A DNA stretch of 64,000 nucleotides, taken from assembly GCA_032718475.1 (NCBI GenBank), contig JAUCBJ010006969.1:1-64000 (forward strand), written 5' to 3'. This stretch comes from Nemertoderma westbladi. Lineage: Eukaryota; Animalia; Xenacoelomorpha. Positions within the stretch are counted from its first letter, which is position 1. Every line of letters starts with the position of its first letter. The translations under genes and the position numbers were made by a program. A model generated the notes under the pieces. The model searched no databases, was not told the origin of the DNA, and saw nothing but the letters and a program-made list of their open reading frames with translations. Positions 38,106 to 53,100 of this stretch are shown here, piece by piece.

Positions 38106-38917
38106 CAGGGATGTTAAGTGTTCTTTTATTGTTCTTTTCTTTTATGTTCTTTTATAATAAAAGAACAATTCCATATTTTTAGCGAATTGTTCTGTTATTA
38201 GCTGATTAGGCCCCTATCAGCCTATGGAATTACTAACAGACTAAGAAAAGGAAACTGCAAAAGTAGTGAGAAAATCTACTCTAACCATCCCCAGGCATGT
38301 AGTGTAGCCTAACTCTAGAAACAACAATTATCTGATTATTTGATTGTCAATATGCTGATATGGAGTGACGAGTGAGGAACGCCACAACCGGTAGGCCTAC
38401 TCTACGTGGGCTTATTTTGCTCCATTAGACAAGGGCAGAAGGGTTGGAGGTGGAGGGGAGTGAGGAATGCCCCCACCCCATACTATACTGCTCTACGTGG
38501 GCTTATTTTGTTCCTTTAGCAGACAGGGTTGGGTGGGCGTGGGAGTGAGGAACGCCCCATGCTCTACTGCTCTACGTGGGCTTATTATGTTCCATTAGAC
38601 AAGCGTTGGATATGAGTGAGAAACGCCCCATACTCTACTGTTCTACGTGGAACGCCTCATACTCCTCATGGGTTTATTTTGTTCCAATATAGCTGTACAG
38701 ACAAGGTGCAAGGGTTGGATGGAAGTGAAGAACACCAAACAGTCAAATACTGTAACTGGTAACACTCTGACACTTTACAGCTTTATAGGCCTACTAAATA
38801 CATTATAAATGTTCTTTTATGTTCTTTTATCAGTTTATGGTCTTTTAATGTTCTTTTATGGTCTTTTATATCAAAGAACAAATCAGTTTTTAAAAAATTG
38901 TTCTTTTAACATACCTG
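38106..38917. mobile_element. hAT-like non-autonomous element
   Basis: TIRs CAGGGATGTTAA / TTAACATACCTG. The 8-mer CATCCAGC at 38092-38099 and 38918-38925 is TSD-like, with 6 extra bases on the left. Subterminal gttctttta repeats and internal ~70-bp repeats. Confidence 0.65.
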
Positions 38918-39278
38918 CATCCAGCAGATAGATCAGAAAAAATGGGTTATATTCGTTTGTGCCCCGCAAAGTGGTGTTAGGGCTTTCAAAAGATATTGCA
39001 GAGTGAATATCATATATTTTGTAAATATCCCGATCGGGATATATTGTGGTAGGCTAATCATGAGAGATGAGATGATTGTATTTTTTTGTATAATGTATAA
39101 GTCATGTAAGTGTACCATTACTGGATTAGGAGGGCAGCTGGGTAGAGGCTAGAGGGTGTGTGTCACTACTACCAGACTGCCAGACAGCCAGAACCAGACT
39201 ACTGGACTACAAACAGACAGACAGGGAATACTGCAGTTTAGTGTGTAGTACCGGTATCTGCCTACCAGGTAGTACCAG

Positions 39279-40032
39279 CATGGCCTACTATATATACGGC
39301 CTAACAAGCTACTGCGGCCTCTTAAAAAAAAGAGGCCATTACTTACATTCGCAGCATTATTAATTATTGTCCTTATTTGAATACAGTAACAATATTATTC
39401 ATATCCCGCGATGTGGTGCGAGCCATGCAGGTGGCAATCTGAGCATACAAGTACTGTTATGAGTATCAGCGATTGTGGAGCGAGCCACAAAGACAGCAAT
39501 TTTAGCATAAAAGCACTACATATTAGTGTTAAGCCTTGTCGTGAAAAATATGGAGTTTAAGTAGAATAGGACAACACCTGTAAAGACAGACATAAATATG
39601 GACACACCAGTTCCATGGACCACCGCTTGATGGCTATTACGTGATTTTTTCAAACTCTTATAAGTCGGTGTATGTATAGAGATTCGTTTTATGTGTGGGT
39701 ATTTTTGAATTTGAAATACCGGTTAAAATAAATAAATGTTGCTAATTATTACTTGTATTACGTGTTAATTATTTATTTGGTCAATAATAATTATTATAGG
39801 CCTAGCACATTACACAGTTCAGCACAATCTAAAATCACGACTGTCACGACTGTACTGTCAGACTGTGTTATGTACGAACAGATCAGTATAAGCCAACTGC
39901 AAACTGCAGTACAGACTGCCACCTCAATAGGCTACTGCCTGACTGCTGTACTGTACTGTACTGTTGAAATGAATGGCCTCTTTTTTTAAGAGGCCGCAGT
40001 AGCTTGTTAGGCCGTATATATAGTAGGCCATG
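39279..40032. mobile_element. MITE with ~60-bp TIRs
   Basis: catggcctactatatatacggcctaacaagctactgcggcctcttaaaaaaaagaggccatt (39279-39340) is inverted at 39972-40032. Confidence 0.8.
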
Positions 40033-40268
40033 GTACCAGCCTACGTCAGTACGTAGCCCTACTATGAAATTTCAACAGTTTGTTACAGTCTGACAGTACC
40101 GTATCCCATATAGGCTACAGCCTGACAGCAGTACAGCGCGAAGGTCTCTTAAACGTTTCAACAGATTGTTTCAGTATCTCACATACTGCGCCCAAACAGC
40201 CAAAGGTCTCTTAAACGTTTCAATAGATTGTTTCAGTATCCAACGTGCTGCATGAAGGTCTCTTACGT

Positions 40269-43200
40269 CAGTAGGGTTCCCTATCTGCCTATCTGCCTAT
40301 CCCGATCGGGATATACACTTATAAGGTACCGGTAATATATCCCGATCGGGATACATTGGATATGTCAATGTACTGTACATTGTGTATAGGCCTACTGTCA
40401 TTTATATTTACTACTGTATATTATACTGTTCTATGTAAAACTACAGTCTGACAGTATATTTCGAAAACTAGAATGTCAATAAATATTATCAGAATGTGAA
40501 GTGTGGTCTGCACTGCAAACCATAACTCAAACCACCTAAAAAAAAACGTGAAGAAAACGAAACCAGTGAAATGACAATGGTAATGCATTTACTGTACAGA
40601 TTCGTGCATGACTGCATGACACTGAATAATCCTGATATTCTGTTGTACCGGTCTGCCGTTAATTGAATCTGTTCAGAAGACTTCGGGCAGCATGTTGGAT
40701 ACTGAATCAATCCATTGAAACGTTTGAGACTGTGAGCGTGAGGCCTTCGCGCAGTATGTGAGATTCTGAAACAAATCCGTTGAAACGTTTAAGAGACCTT
40801 CATCTGTTCATGCTGCACGTACCAGCGTACGTGGGGTACTGTAACAATCTGTTTAACGTTTAACTGTTTAAGAGGCTATCGTGAGCAGCATGTTGGAATA
40901 GTTGGATAGGCTACTGAAACAATCTATTGAAACGTTTAAGAGACCTTCATACAGCACGTGGCTGCGTGGGGTAGGTACTGTAACAAATCTATTGAAATAT
41001 TCAAGATACCTTCGCGCAGTATATGGTGTATGGGATACTGCTGTACTGAAACAATCCGTTGAAACGTTTAAGAGACCTTTGTGCAGCATATTGGATTCTG
41101 AAACAATCGGTTGAATCGTTTAAATGTTTTAGACACAATAAAGGCTGTTTTTTTCACCACCCACTTGTCAGATATTTTATGTGTAACAAACAAAGGTAAA
41201 TAATTTTAACATATTATTGACTAATTTCAATACCCAATGAGTTATATACCTTCTGATACAGTACTATTAATTATTATATCATAATAGAAAGAAAAGCTGT
41301 TTGAAATTCATCTATATAATTCCCTAATCCCGGCCAAGGGCAGCAGGGAATGGAACGTAACACAGTATGTTCATTATGATGAGGCAAGTCAGTGATAATT
41401 AATATAGTTACCGTATTATGGCGTACTTTATAATCTTCTATAACGAAGAAAGTAAAGGCAGTTCAACGCAAGGTTGCTGTTGTCCCTTGTGTTGATGTTC
41501 CTACTGATCAGAAAGATGAGGATGAGAATATCTGCTGCAAGTGTAAAAAAAAATGGGCCAGTGATACAAAAAAAAATCAGAAGATTTGGGTTGGTGTGCG
41601 ATGTGTGCGATAAATATTGGTCATGCACCAGCTGCCTACCAGTTAATTTCGATTACGATGCAGAATTTGTCTGCGATCACTGTTCATAAAGGAATTGCAT
41701 GATCTACATACTGTACAATACTGCTATACTCAATAATTGATCTATTATCTTTTTTACCATAATAACTATATTAATTATCACTGACTTGCCTCATCATAAT
41801 GAACAAACTGTATTACGTTCCATTCCCTGCTGCCCTTGGCCGGGATTAGGGAATTATATAGATGAATTTCAAACAGCTTTTCTTTCTTTTATGATATAAT
41901 AATTAATAGTATCCGAAGGTGTATAACAGTAGGGTCCCCTATCCCGATCGGGATATATAAATATATCCCGACCGGAATATACCCTTATAAGGTAATATAT
42001 CCCGACCGGGATATGTCAATGTACATAACTGTCATTTACTACTGTATATTCTACTCTACTATGGAAAACTACAGTATATTTGGAAAACTAGAATGTCAAT
42101 AAATATTATTAGAATGTGAAGTGAAGTCTGCACTGCTAACCAACTAAATCCACCTAAAAAAAACGTGAAGAAAAGGAAACCAGGATGACAATGGTAATGC
42201 ATTCTGGCATTCGCAGATTCGCGCATGACACTGAATAATCTGTTGTGCCGGTAATTGAACATGTTTAGAAGACTTCGTGCAGCACGTTTGATACTGAATC
42301 AATCCATTTAAACGTTTTAAGAGACCTTCGCGCAGTATGTGAGATACTGAAACAATCAGTTGAAACTTTTAAGAGACCTTCATGCAGCACGTACGTGGGG
42401 TACCTGGGTACCGTAACAATCTGTTAAAATGTTTAAGATACCATTGTGCAGCACATCTTGGATACTGAAACAATCTATTGAAACGTTTAAGATACCTTCA
42501 TGCAGCATGTGGAGTACACTGTAACAATCTATTGAAACATTTAAGATACTGTACCTTTGCGCAGTATATGGGATACTGAAACAATTCGTTGAAATGTGTA
42601 AGAGAGAACAATCTGGTGAAACGTTTAAGAGACCTTCATGCAGCACATTGGATTTGGATACTGAAACAATCTATTGAAACGTTTAAGAGACCTTCATGCA
42701 GTTGCAGCATGTTGGATACTGAAACTATCTATTGATGAAACGTAAAGAGACCTTCATGCAGCAAGTTGGATACTGAAACAATCTATTGAAACGTAAGAGA
42801 CCTTCATGCAGCACGTTGGATACTGAAACAATCTATTGAAACGTTTAAGAGATACCATTGTGCAGCACTTTGGATACCGAAACAATCTATTGAAACGTTT
42901 AAGATACCTTCATGCAGCAAGTTGGATACTGAAACAATCTATTGAAACGTAAGAGACCTTCATGCAGCACATTGGATACTGAAACAATCTATTGAAACGT
43001 TTAAGATACCTTCATGCAGCACATTGGATACTGAAACAATCTGTTGAAACGTTAAGATACCTTCGCGCAGTATGTGAGATACTGAAACAATCCGTTGAAA
43101 TGTCCAAGAGTCAACAATCTGTTGAAACGTTTAAGATACAGACCTTCATGCAGTACGTTGGATACTGAAAAAATCTATTGAAACGTTTGAGAGACCTTCG

Positions 43201-43558
43201 CGCAGTATGTGAGATACTGAAACAATCCGTTGAAACATTTAAGAGACCTTCATGCAACATGTGGGGGTGGGATACCTTGTAACAATCTATTGAAACATTT
43301 AAGATACCTTCGCCCAGTATGCAGTATATGGGATACTGAAACAATTCGTTGAAATGTGTAAGAGAGAACAATCTGGTGAAACGTTTAAGAGACCTTCATG
43401 CAGCATATTGGATTTGGATACTGAAACAATCTATTGAAACGTTTAAGAGACCTTCATGCAGCATGTTGGATACTGAAATAATCTATTGATGAAACGTTTA
43501 AGAGACTTTCATGCAGCACGTTGGATACTGAAACATTGTGAAACAATCTATTGAAACG
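40269..43558 (+). repeat. Two diverged copies of a repeat (starting at 40269 and 41927), each running into a degenerate ~52-bp tandem array
   Basis: Shared start CAGTAGGGT(T/C)CCCTATC..CCCGATCGGGATATA (also at 37954). Unit GAGACCTTCATGCAGCACGTTGGATACTGAAACAATCTATTGAAACGTTTAA at ~40690-41125 and ~42275-43558; inverted copies at ~40140-40265. Confidence 0.8.
41245..41923 (+). mobile_element. Internally deleted TA-targeting DNA transposon (pogo-like) with ~165-bp TIRs and a residual PHD-like finger
   Basis: Long inverted arms at 41245-41410 and 41763-41923, with TA on both sides. Internal frameshifted DENICCKC..WVG/CDVCDKYWSCTSC..FVCDHCS*. Confidence 0.8.
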
Positions 43559-43561
43559 TAC

Positions 43562-44022
43562 TGTCAATTCCGTGCATTACCCACCGAAAATGGGACAAGT
43601 GGCATTTAACCAATATAGTTGGCGATGTGAGATTACCAATAATAATCTCACCTCATAACCAACTGGGGGGGAGGTCAAACCACCTCAGAGGGAGAAACAA
43701 GCTAGCGAGGCTAGCACCAAGGGGTAACGCCAACAGGGAGTGGTGAGGTGACAATTAATATATAAGCCAATAGTGGGAAGGAAAGCACATTGGGGAGGAC
43801 AAGAGCGCATCCATTGGATATTAAGGCCGCCCAGTAGTGTAGGGCTAAAAGCAATATGTGTCAATGATATAACCCTTGTAATTACTGATTATTAGTTAGT
43901 TTATTCCCTTACGGTTGTGAGACTGGAATAGTTTTTGACCGTCGTTACCGTTACTGTTTGTATTACATATTATTATATTAAGACTGTGCTATTATCAATT
44001 GCTGTGATTATCAATACTGACA
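43562..44022 (+). mobile_element. Possible solo LTR (461 bp)
   Basis: TGTCA...TGACA termini and an internal TATATAA, but no matching TSD and no PBS. Confidence 0.35.
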
Positions 44023-44147
44023 ACTAACTCTGTTGTTTTCCATCGGCCTTTGGCCAAACATATACATCCAGCCTTCAGCCCAGCAACGCAATGACGCGTA
44101 CAACCTACACCGGTCGGTATTTCACTACTGTCAACTTAAAGTGGATA

Positions 44148-47100
44148 CCATACTCTAGAGGGTTCCCATCTATATATATCTATTCAACCCGCTAGCCGTG
44201 CCCCGACCAACATGGCCCGTACTCTAGAGGGTTCCCATCTATATATATCTATTCAACCCGCTAGCCGAGCCCCGACCAACATGGCCCGTACTCTAGAGGG
44301 TTCAACCCGCTAGCCGAGCCCCGACCAACATGGCCCGTACTCTAGAGGGTTCCCATCTATATTATCTATTCAACCCGCTAGCCGAGCCCCGACCAACATG
44401 GCCCGTACTCTAGAGGGTTCCCATCTATATATATATATTCAACCCGCTAGCCGAGCCCCGACCAACATGGCCCGTACTCTAGAGGGTTCCCATCTATATA
44501 TATCTATTCAACCCGCTAGCCGAGCCCCGACCAACATGGCCCATACTCTAGAGGGTTCAACCCGCTAGCCGAGCCCCGACCAACATGGCCCGTACTCTAG
44601 AGGGTTCCCATCTATATATATCTATTCAACCCGCTAGCCGAGCCCCGACCAACATGGCCCGTACTCTAGAGGGTTCAACCCGCTAGCCGAGCCCCGACCA
44701 ACATGGCCCGTACTCTAGAGGGTTCCCATCTATATATATCTATTCAACCCGCTAGCCGTGCCCCGACCAACATGGCCCATACTCGAGAGGGTTCAACCCG
44801 CTAGCCGAGCCCCGACCAACATGGCCCGTACTCTAGAGGGTTCCCATCTATATATATCTATTCAACCCGCTAGCCGAGCCCCGACCAACATGGCCCGTAC
44901 TCTAGAGGGTTCCCATCTATATATATCTATTCAACCCGCTAGCCGAGCCCCGACCAACATGGCCCATACTCTAGAGGGTTCAACCCGCTAGCCGAGCCCC
45001 GACCAACATGGCCCGTACTCTAGAGGGTTCCCATCTATATATATCTATTCAACCCGCTAGCCGAGCCCCGACCAACATGGCCCATACTCGAGAGGGTTCA
45101 ACCCGCTAGCCGAGCCCCGACCAACATGGCCCGTACTCTAGAGGGTTCCCATCTATATATATCTATTCAACCCGCTAGCCGTGCCCCGACCAACATGGCC
45201 CATACTCTAGAGGGTTCAACCCGCTAGCCGAGCCCCGACCAACATGGCCCGTACTCTAGAGGGTTCCCATCTATATATATCTATTCAACCCGCTAGCCGA
45301 GCCCCGACCAACATGGCCCGTACTCTAGAGGGTTCCCATCTATATATATCTATTCAACCCGCTAGCCGAGCCCCGACCAACATGGCCCGTACTCTAGAGG
45401 GTTCAACCCGCTAGCCGAGCCCCGACCAACATGGCCCGTACTCTAGAGGGTTCCCATCTATATATCTATTCAACCCGCTAGCCGAGCCCCGACCAACATG
45501 GCCCATACTCTAGATAGGTTCAACCCGCTAGCCGAGCCCCGACCAACATGGCCCGTACTCTAGAGGGTTCCCATCTATATATATATATTCAACCCGCTAG
45601 CCGAGCCCCGACCAACATGGCCCGTACTCTAGAGGGTTCCCATCTATATATATCTATTCAACCCGCTAGCCGAGCCCCGACCAACATGGCCCGTACTCTA
45701 GAGGGTTCCCATCTATATATATCTATTCAACCCGCTAGCCGAGCCCCGACCAACATGGCCCATACTCTAGAATAAGGTTCAACCCGCTAGCCGAGCCCCG
45801 ACCAACATGGCCCGTACTCTAGAGGGTTCCCATCTATATATATCTATTCAACCCGCTAGCCGAGCCCCGACCAACATGGCCCGTACTCTAGAGGGTTCAA
45901 CCCGCTAGCCGAGCCCCGACCAACATGGCCCGTACTCTAGAGGGTTCAACCCGCTATCAGCCCCGACCAACATGGCCCGTACTCTAGAGGGTTCCCATCT
46001 ATATATATCTATTCAACCCGCTAGCCGAGCCCCGACCAACATGGCCCGTACTCTAGAGGGTTCCCATCTATATATATCTATTCAACCCGCTAGCCGAGCC
46101 CCGACCAACATGGCCCGTACTCTAGAGGGTTCCCATCTATATATATCTATTCAACCCGCTAGCCGAGCCCCGACCAACATGGCCCGTACTCTAGAGGGTT
46201 CAACCCGCTAGCCGAGCCCCGACCAACATGGCCCATACTCTAGAGGGTTCAACCCGCTATCAGCCCCGACCAACATGGCCCGTACTCTAGAGGGTTCAAC
46301 CCGCTAGCCGAGCCCCGACCAACATGGCCCGTACTCTAGAGGGTTCCCATCTATATATCTATTCAACCCGCTAGCCGAGCCCCGACCAACATGGCCCATA
46401 CTCTAGAATAAGGTTCAACCCGCTAGCCGAGCCCCGACCAACATGGCCCGTACTCTAGAGGGTTCCCATCTATATATATCTATTCAACCCGCTAGCCGAG
46501 CCCCGACCAACATGGCCCGTACTCTAGAGGGTTCCCATCTATATATATCTATTCAACCCGCTAGCCGAGCCCCGACCAACATGGCCCGTACTCTAGAGGG
46601 TTCAACCCGCTAGCCGAGCCCCGACCAACATGGCCCGTACTCTAGAGGGTTCCCATCTATATATATTCTATTCAACCCGCTAGCCAGCCCCGACCAACAT
46701 GGCCCGTACTCTAGAGGGTTCCCATCTATATATATCTATTCAACCCGCTAGCCGAGCCCCGACCAACATGGCCCGTACTCTAGAGGGTTCCCATCTATAT
46801 ATATATCTATTCAACCCGCTAGCCAGCCCCGACCAACATGGCCCGTACTCTAGAGGGTTCCCATCTATATATATCTATTCAACCCGCTAGCCGTGCCCCG
46901 ACCAACATGGCCCGTACTCTAGAGGGTTCAACCCGCTAGCCGAGCCCCGACCAACATGGCCCGTACTCTAGAGGGTTCCCATCTATATATATCTATTCAA
47001 CCCGCTAGCCGAGCCCCGACCAACATGGCCCGTACTCTAGAGGGTTCCCATCTATATATATCTATTCAACCCGCTAGCCGAGCCCCGACCAACATGGCCC

Positions 47101-50100
47101 GTACTCTAGAGGGTTCCCATCTATATATATCTATTCAACCCGCTAGCCGAGCCCCGACCAACATGGCCCGTACTCTAGAGGGTTCAACCCGCTATCAGCC
47201 CCGACCAACATGGCCCGTACTCTAGAGGGTTCCCATCTATATATATCTATTCAACCCGCTAGCCGAGCCCCGACCAACATGGCCCGTACTCTAGAGGGTT
47301 CCCATCTATATATATCTATTCAACCCGCTAGCCGAGCCCCGACCAACATGGCCCGTACTCTAGAGGGTTCCCATCTATATATATATATTCAACCCGCTAG
47401 CCGAGCCCCGACCAACATGGCCCGTACTCTAGAGGGTTCCCATCTATATATATCTATTCAACCCGCTAGCCGAGCCCCGACCAACATGGCCCGTACTCTA
47501 GAGGGTTCAACCCGCTAGCCGAGCCCCGACCAACATGGCCCGTACTCTAGAGGGTTCCCATCTATATATCTATTCAACCCGCTAGCCGAGCCCCGACCAA
47601 CATGGCCCATACTCTAGAATAAGGTTCAACCCGCTAGCCGAGCCCCGACCAACATGGCCCGTACTCTAGAGGGTTCCCATCTATATATATCTATTCAACC
47701 CGCTAGCCGTGCCCCGACCAACATGGCCCGTACTCTAGAGGGTTCAACCCGCTAGCCGAGCCCCGACCAACATGGCCCGTACTCTAGAGGGTTCAACCCG
47801 CTATCAGCCCCGACCAACATGGCCCGTACTCTAGAGGGTTCCCATCTATATATATCTATTCAACCCGCTAGCCGAGCCCCGACCAACATGGCCCGTACTC
47901 TAGAGGGTTCCCATCTATATATATCTATTCAACCCGCTAGCCGAGCCCCGACCAACATGGCCCATACTCTAGAGGGTTCCCATCTATATATATCTATTCA
48001 ACCCGCTAGCCGAGCCCCGACCAACATGGCCCGTACTCTAGAGGGTTCAACCCGCTAGCCGAGCCCCGACCAACATGGCCCATACTCTAGAGGGTTCAAC
48101 CCGCTAGCCGAGCCCCGACCAACATGGCCCATACTCTAGAGGGTTCAACCCGCTAGCCGAGCCCCGACCAACATGGCCCGTACTCTAGAGGGTTCAACCC
48201 GCTAGCCGAGCCCCGACCAACATGGCCCATACTCTAGAGGGTTCAACCCGCTAGCCGAGCCCCGACCAACATGGCCCATACTCTAGAGGGTTCAACCCGC
48301 TAGCCGAGCCCCGACCAACATGGCCCGTACTCTAGAGGGTTCAACCCGCTAGCGGAGCCCCGACCAACATGGCCCGTACTCTAGAGGGTTCCCATCTATA
48401 TATATTTATTCAACCCACTAGCCGAGCCCCGACCAACATGGCCCGTACTCTAGAGGGTTCCCATCTATATATATTTATTCAACCCGCTAGCCGAGCCCCG
48501 ACCAACATGGCCCGTACTCTAGAGGGTTCCCATCTATATATATCTATTCAACCCGCTAGCCGAGCCCCGACCAACATGGCCCGTACTCGAGAGGGTTCAA
48601 CCCGCTAGCCATGCCCCGACCAACATGGCCCGTACTCTAGAGGGTTCCCATCTATATATATTTATTCAACCCACTAGCGGAGCCCCGACCAACATGGCCC
48701 GTACTCTAGAGGGTTCCCATCTATATATATCTATTCAACCCGCTAGCCGAGCCCCGACCAACATGGCCCGTACTCTAGAGGGTTCCCATCTATATATATT
48801 TATTCAACCCGCTAGCCGTGCCCCGACCAACATGGCCCATACTCTAGAGGGTTCAACCCGCTAGCCGAGCCCCGACCAACATGGCCCGTACTCTAGAGGG
48901 TTCCCATCTATATATATCTATTCAACCCGCTAGCCGAGCCCCGACCAACATGGCCCGTACTCTAGAGGGTTCCCATCTATATATCTATTCAACCCGCTAG
49001 CGGAGCCCCGACCAACATGGCCCGTACTCTAGAGGGTTCAACCCGCTAGCCGAGCCCCGACCAACATGGCCCGTACTCTAGAGGGTTCCCATCTATATAT
49101 CTATTCAACCCGCTAGCGGAGCCCCGACCAACATGGCCCGTACTCTAGAGGGTTCAACCCGCTAGCCGAGCCCCGACCAACATGGCCCGTACTTTAGAGG
49201 GTTCAACCCGCTAGCCGAGCCCCGACCAACATGGCCCGTACTCTAGAGGGTTCAACCCGCTAGCGGAGCCCCGACCAACATGGCCCGTACTCTAGAGGGT
49301 TCCCATCTATATATATCTATTCAACCCGCTAGCCGAGCCCCGACCAACATGGCCCGTACTCTAGAGGGTTCCCATCTATATATATCTATTCAACCCGCTA
49401 GCCGAGCCCCGACCAACATGGCCCGTACTCTAGAGGGTTCCCATCTATATATATATCTATTCAACCAGCTAGCCGAGCCCCGACCAACATGGCCCGTACT
49501 CTAGAGGGTTCCCATCTATATATATCTATTCAACCCGCTAGCCGTGCCCCGACCAACATGGCCCATACTCGAGAGGGTTCAACCCGCTAGCCGAGCCCCG
49601 ACCAACATGGCCCGTACTCTAGAGGGTTCCCATCTATATATATCTATTCAACCCGCTAGCCGAGCCCCGACCAACATGGCCCGTACTCTAGAGGGTTCAA
49701 CCCGCTAGCCGAGCCCCGACCAACATGGCCCATACTCTAGAGGGTTCAACCCGCTAGCCGAGCCCCGACCAACATGGCCCGTACTCTAGAGGGTTCAACC
49801 CGCTAGCCGAGCCCCGACCAACATGGCCCATACTCTAGAGGGTTCAACCCGCTAGCCGAGCCCCGACCAACATGGCCCATACTCTAGAGGGTTCAACCCG
49901 CTAGCCGAGCCCCGACCAACATGGCCCGTACTCTAGAGGGTTCAACCCGCTAGCGGAGCCCCGACCAACATGGCCCGTACTCTAGAGGGTTCAACCCGCT
50001 AGCCGAGCCCCGACCAACATGGCCCATACTCTAGAGGGTTCAACCCGCTAGCCGAGCCCCGACCAACATGGCCCATACTCTAGAGGGTTCAACCCGCTAG

Positions 50101-53100
50101 CCGAGCCCCGACCAACATGGCCCATACTCTAGAGGGTTCAACCCGCTAGCCGAGCCCCGACCAACATGGCCCGTACTCTAGAGGGTTCAACCCGCTAGCG
50201 GAGCCCCGACCAACATGGCCCGTACTCTAGAGGGTTCCCATCTATATATCTATTCAACCCGCTAGCCAAGCCCCGACCAACATGGCCCGTACTCTAGAGG
50301 GTTCAACCCGCTAGCCGAGCCCCGACCAACATGGCCCATACTCTAGAGGGTTCAACCCGCTAGCCGAGCCCCGACCAACATGGCCCGTACTCTAGAGGGT
50401 TCAACCCGCTAGCCGAGCCCCGACCAACATGGCCCATACTCTAGAGGGTTCAACCCGCTAGCCGAGCCCCGACCAACATGGCCCGTACTCTAGAGGGTTC
50501 AACCCGCTAGCCGAGCCCCGACCAACATGGCCCATACTCTAGAGGGTTCAACCCGCTAGCCGAGCCCCGACCAACATGGCCCATACTCTAGAGGGTTCAA
50601 CCCGCTAGCCGAGCCCCGACCATCATGGCCCGTACTCTAGAGGGTTCAACCCGCTAGCGGAGCCCCGACCAACATGGCCCGTACTCTAGAGGGTTCCCAT
50701 CTATATATATCTATTCAACCCGCTAGCCGAGCCCCGACCAACATGGCCCGTACTCTAGAGGGTTCAACCCGCTAGCCGAGCCCCGACCAACATGGCCCGT
50801 ACTCTAGAGGGTTCCCATCTATATATCTATTCAACCCGCTAGCGGAGCCCCGGCCAACATGGCCCATACTCGAGAGGGTTCAACCCGCTAGCCGAGCCCC
50901 GACCAACATGGCCCGTACTTTAGAGGGTTCAACCCGCTAGCCGAGCCCCGACCAACATGGCCCATACTCTAGAGGGTTCAACCCGCTAGCCGAGCCCCGA
51001 CCAACATGGCCCATACTCTAGAGGGTTCAACCCGCTAGCCGAGCCCCGACCAACATGGCCCGTACTCTAGAGGGTTCAACCCGCTAGCCGAGCCCCGACC
51101 AACATGGCCCGTACTTTAGAGGGTTCAACCCGCTAGCCGAGCCCCGACCAACATGGCCCATACTCTAGAGGGTTCAACCCGCTAGCCGAGCCCCGACCAA
51201 CATGGCCCATACTCTAGAGGGTTCAACCCGCTAGCCGAGCCCCGACCAACATGGCCCGTACTCTAGAGGGTTCAACCCGCTAGCCGAGCCCCGACCAACA
51301 TGGCCCGTACTCTAGAGGGTTCCCATCTATATATCTATTCAACCCGCTAGCGGAGCCCCGGCCAACATGGCCCATACTCTAGAGGGTTCCCATCTATATA
51401 TCTATTCAACCCGCTAGCCGAGCCCCGACCAACATGGCCCATACTCTAGAGGGTTCAACCCGCTAGCCGAGCCCCGACCAACATGGCCCGTACTCTAGAG
51501 GGTTCAACCCGCTAGCGGAGCCCCGACCAACATGGCCCGTACTCTAGAGGATTCCCATCTATATATCTATTCAACCAGCTAGCGGAGCCCCGACCAACAT
51601 GGCCCGTACTCTAGAGGGTTCAACCCGCTAGCCGAGCCCCGACCAACATGGCCCATACTCTAGAGGGTTCAACCCGCTAGCCGAGCCCCGACCAACATGG
51701 CCCGTACTCTAGAGGGTTCAACCCGCTAGCGGAGCCCCGACCAACATGGCCCGTACTCTAGAGGGTTCAACCCGCTAGCCGAGCCCCGACCAACATGGCC
51801 CGTACTCTAGAGGGTTCAACCCGCTAGCCGAGCCCCGACCAACATGGCCCGTACTCTAGAGGGTTCAACCCGCTAGCCGAGCCCCGACCAACATGGCCCA
51901 TACTCTAGAGGGTTCAACCCGCTAGCCGAGCCCCGACCAACATGGCCCATACTCTAGAGGGTTCAACCCGCTAGCCGAGCCCCGACCAACATGGCCCATA
52001 CTCTAGAGGGTTCAACCCGCTAGCCGAGCCCCGACCAACATGGCCCGTACTCTAGAGGGTTCAACCCGCTAGCCGTGCCCCGACCAACATGGCCCGTACT
52101 CTAGAGGGTTCAACCCGCTAGCCGAGCCCCGACCAACATGGCCCGTACTCTAGAGGGTTCAACCCGCTAGCCGAGCCCCGACCAACATGGCCCGTACTCT
52201 AGAGGGTTCAACCCGCTAGCCGAGCCCCGACCAACATGGCCCGTACTCTAGAGGGTTCAACCCGCTAGCCGAGCCCCGACCAACATGGCCCTTACTCTAG
52301 AGGGTTCCCATCTATATATATTTATTCAACCCGCTAGCCGAGCCCCGACCAACATGGCCCGTACTCTAGAGGGTTCCCATCTATATATATTTATTCAACC
52401 CGCTAGCCGAGCCCCGACCAACATGGCCTGTACTCTAGAGGGTTCCCATCTATATATATATATATTCAACCCGCTAGCCGTGCCCCGACCAACATGGCCC
52501 GTACTCTAGAGGGTTCCCATCTATATATATTTATTCAACCCGCTAGCCGAGCCCCGACCAACATGGCCCGTACTCTAGAGGGTTCCCATCTATATATATT
52601 TATTCAACCCGCTAGCCGAGCCCCGACCAACATGGCCCGTACTCTAGAGGGTTCCCATCTATATATATTTATTCAACCCGCTAGCCGAGCCCCGACCAAC
52701 ATGGCCCGTACTCTAGAGGGTTCCCATCTATATATATCTATTCAACCCGCTAGCGGAGCCCCGACCAACATGGCCCATACTCTAGAGGGTTCAACCCGCT
52801 AGCCGAGCCCCAACCAACATGGCCCGTACTCTAGAGAGTTCCCATCTATATATATCTACTTAACCCGCTAGCCGAGCCCCAACCAACATGGCCCGTACTC
52901 TAGAGGGTTCCCATCTATATTATCTATTCAACCCGCTAGCCGAGCCCCGACCAACATGGCCTGTACTCTAGAGGGTTCCCATCTATATATATCTATTCAA
53001 CCCGCTAGCGGAGCCCCGACCAACATGGCCCATACTCTAGAGGGTTCAACCCGCTAGCCGAGCCCCGACCAACATGGCCCGTACTCTAGAGAGTTCCCAT

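Noticed and set aside
42275-43558. CRISPR-like appearance (repeats containing ATTGAAAC)
   Set aside because: No unique spacers, no cas genes and a eukaryotic context; it is a degenerate tandem repeat.
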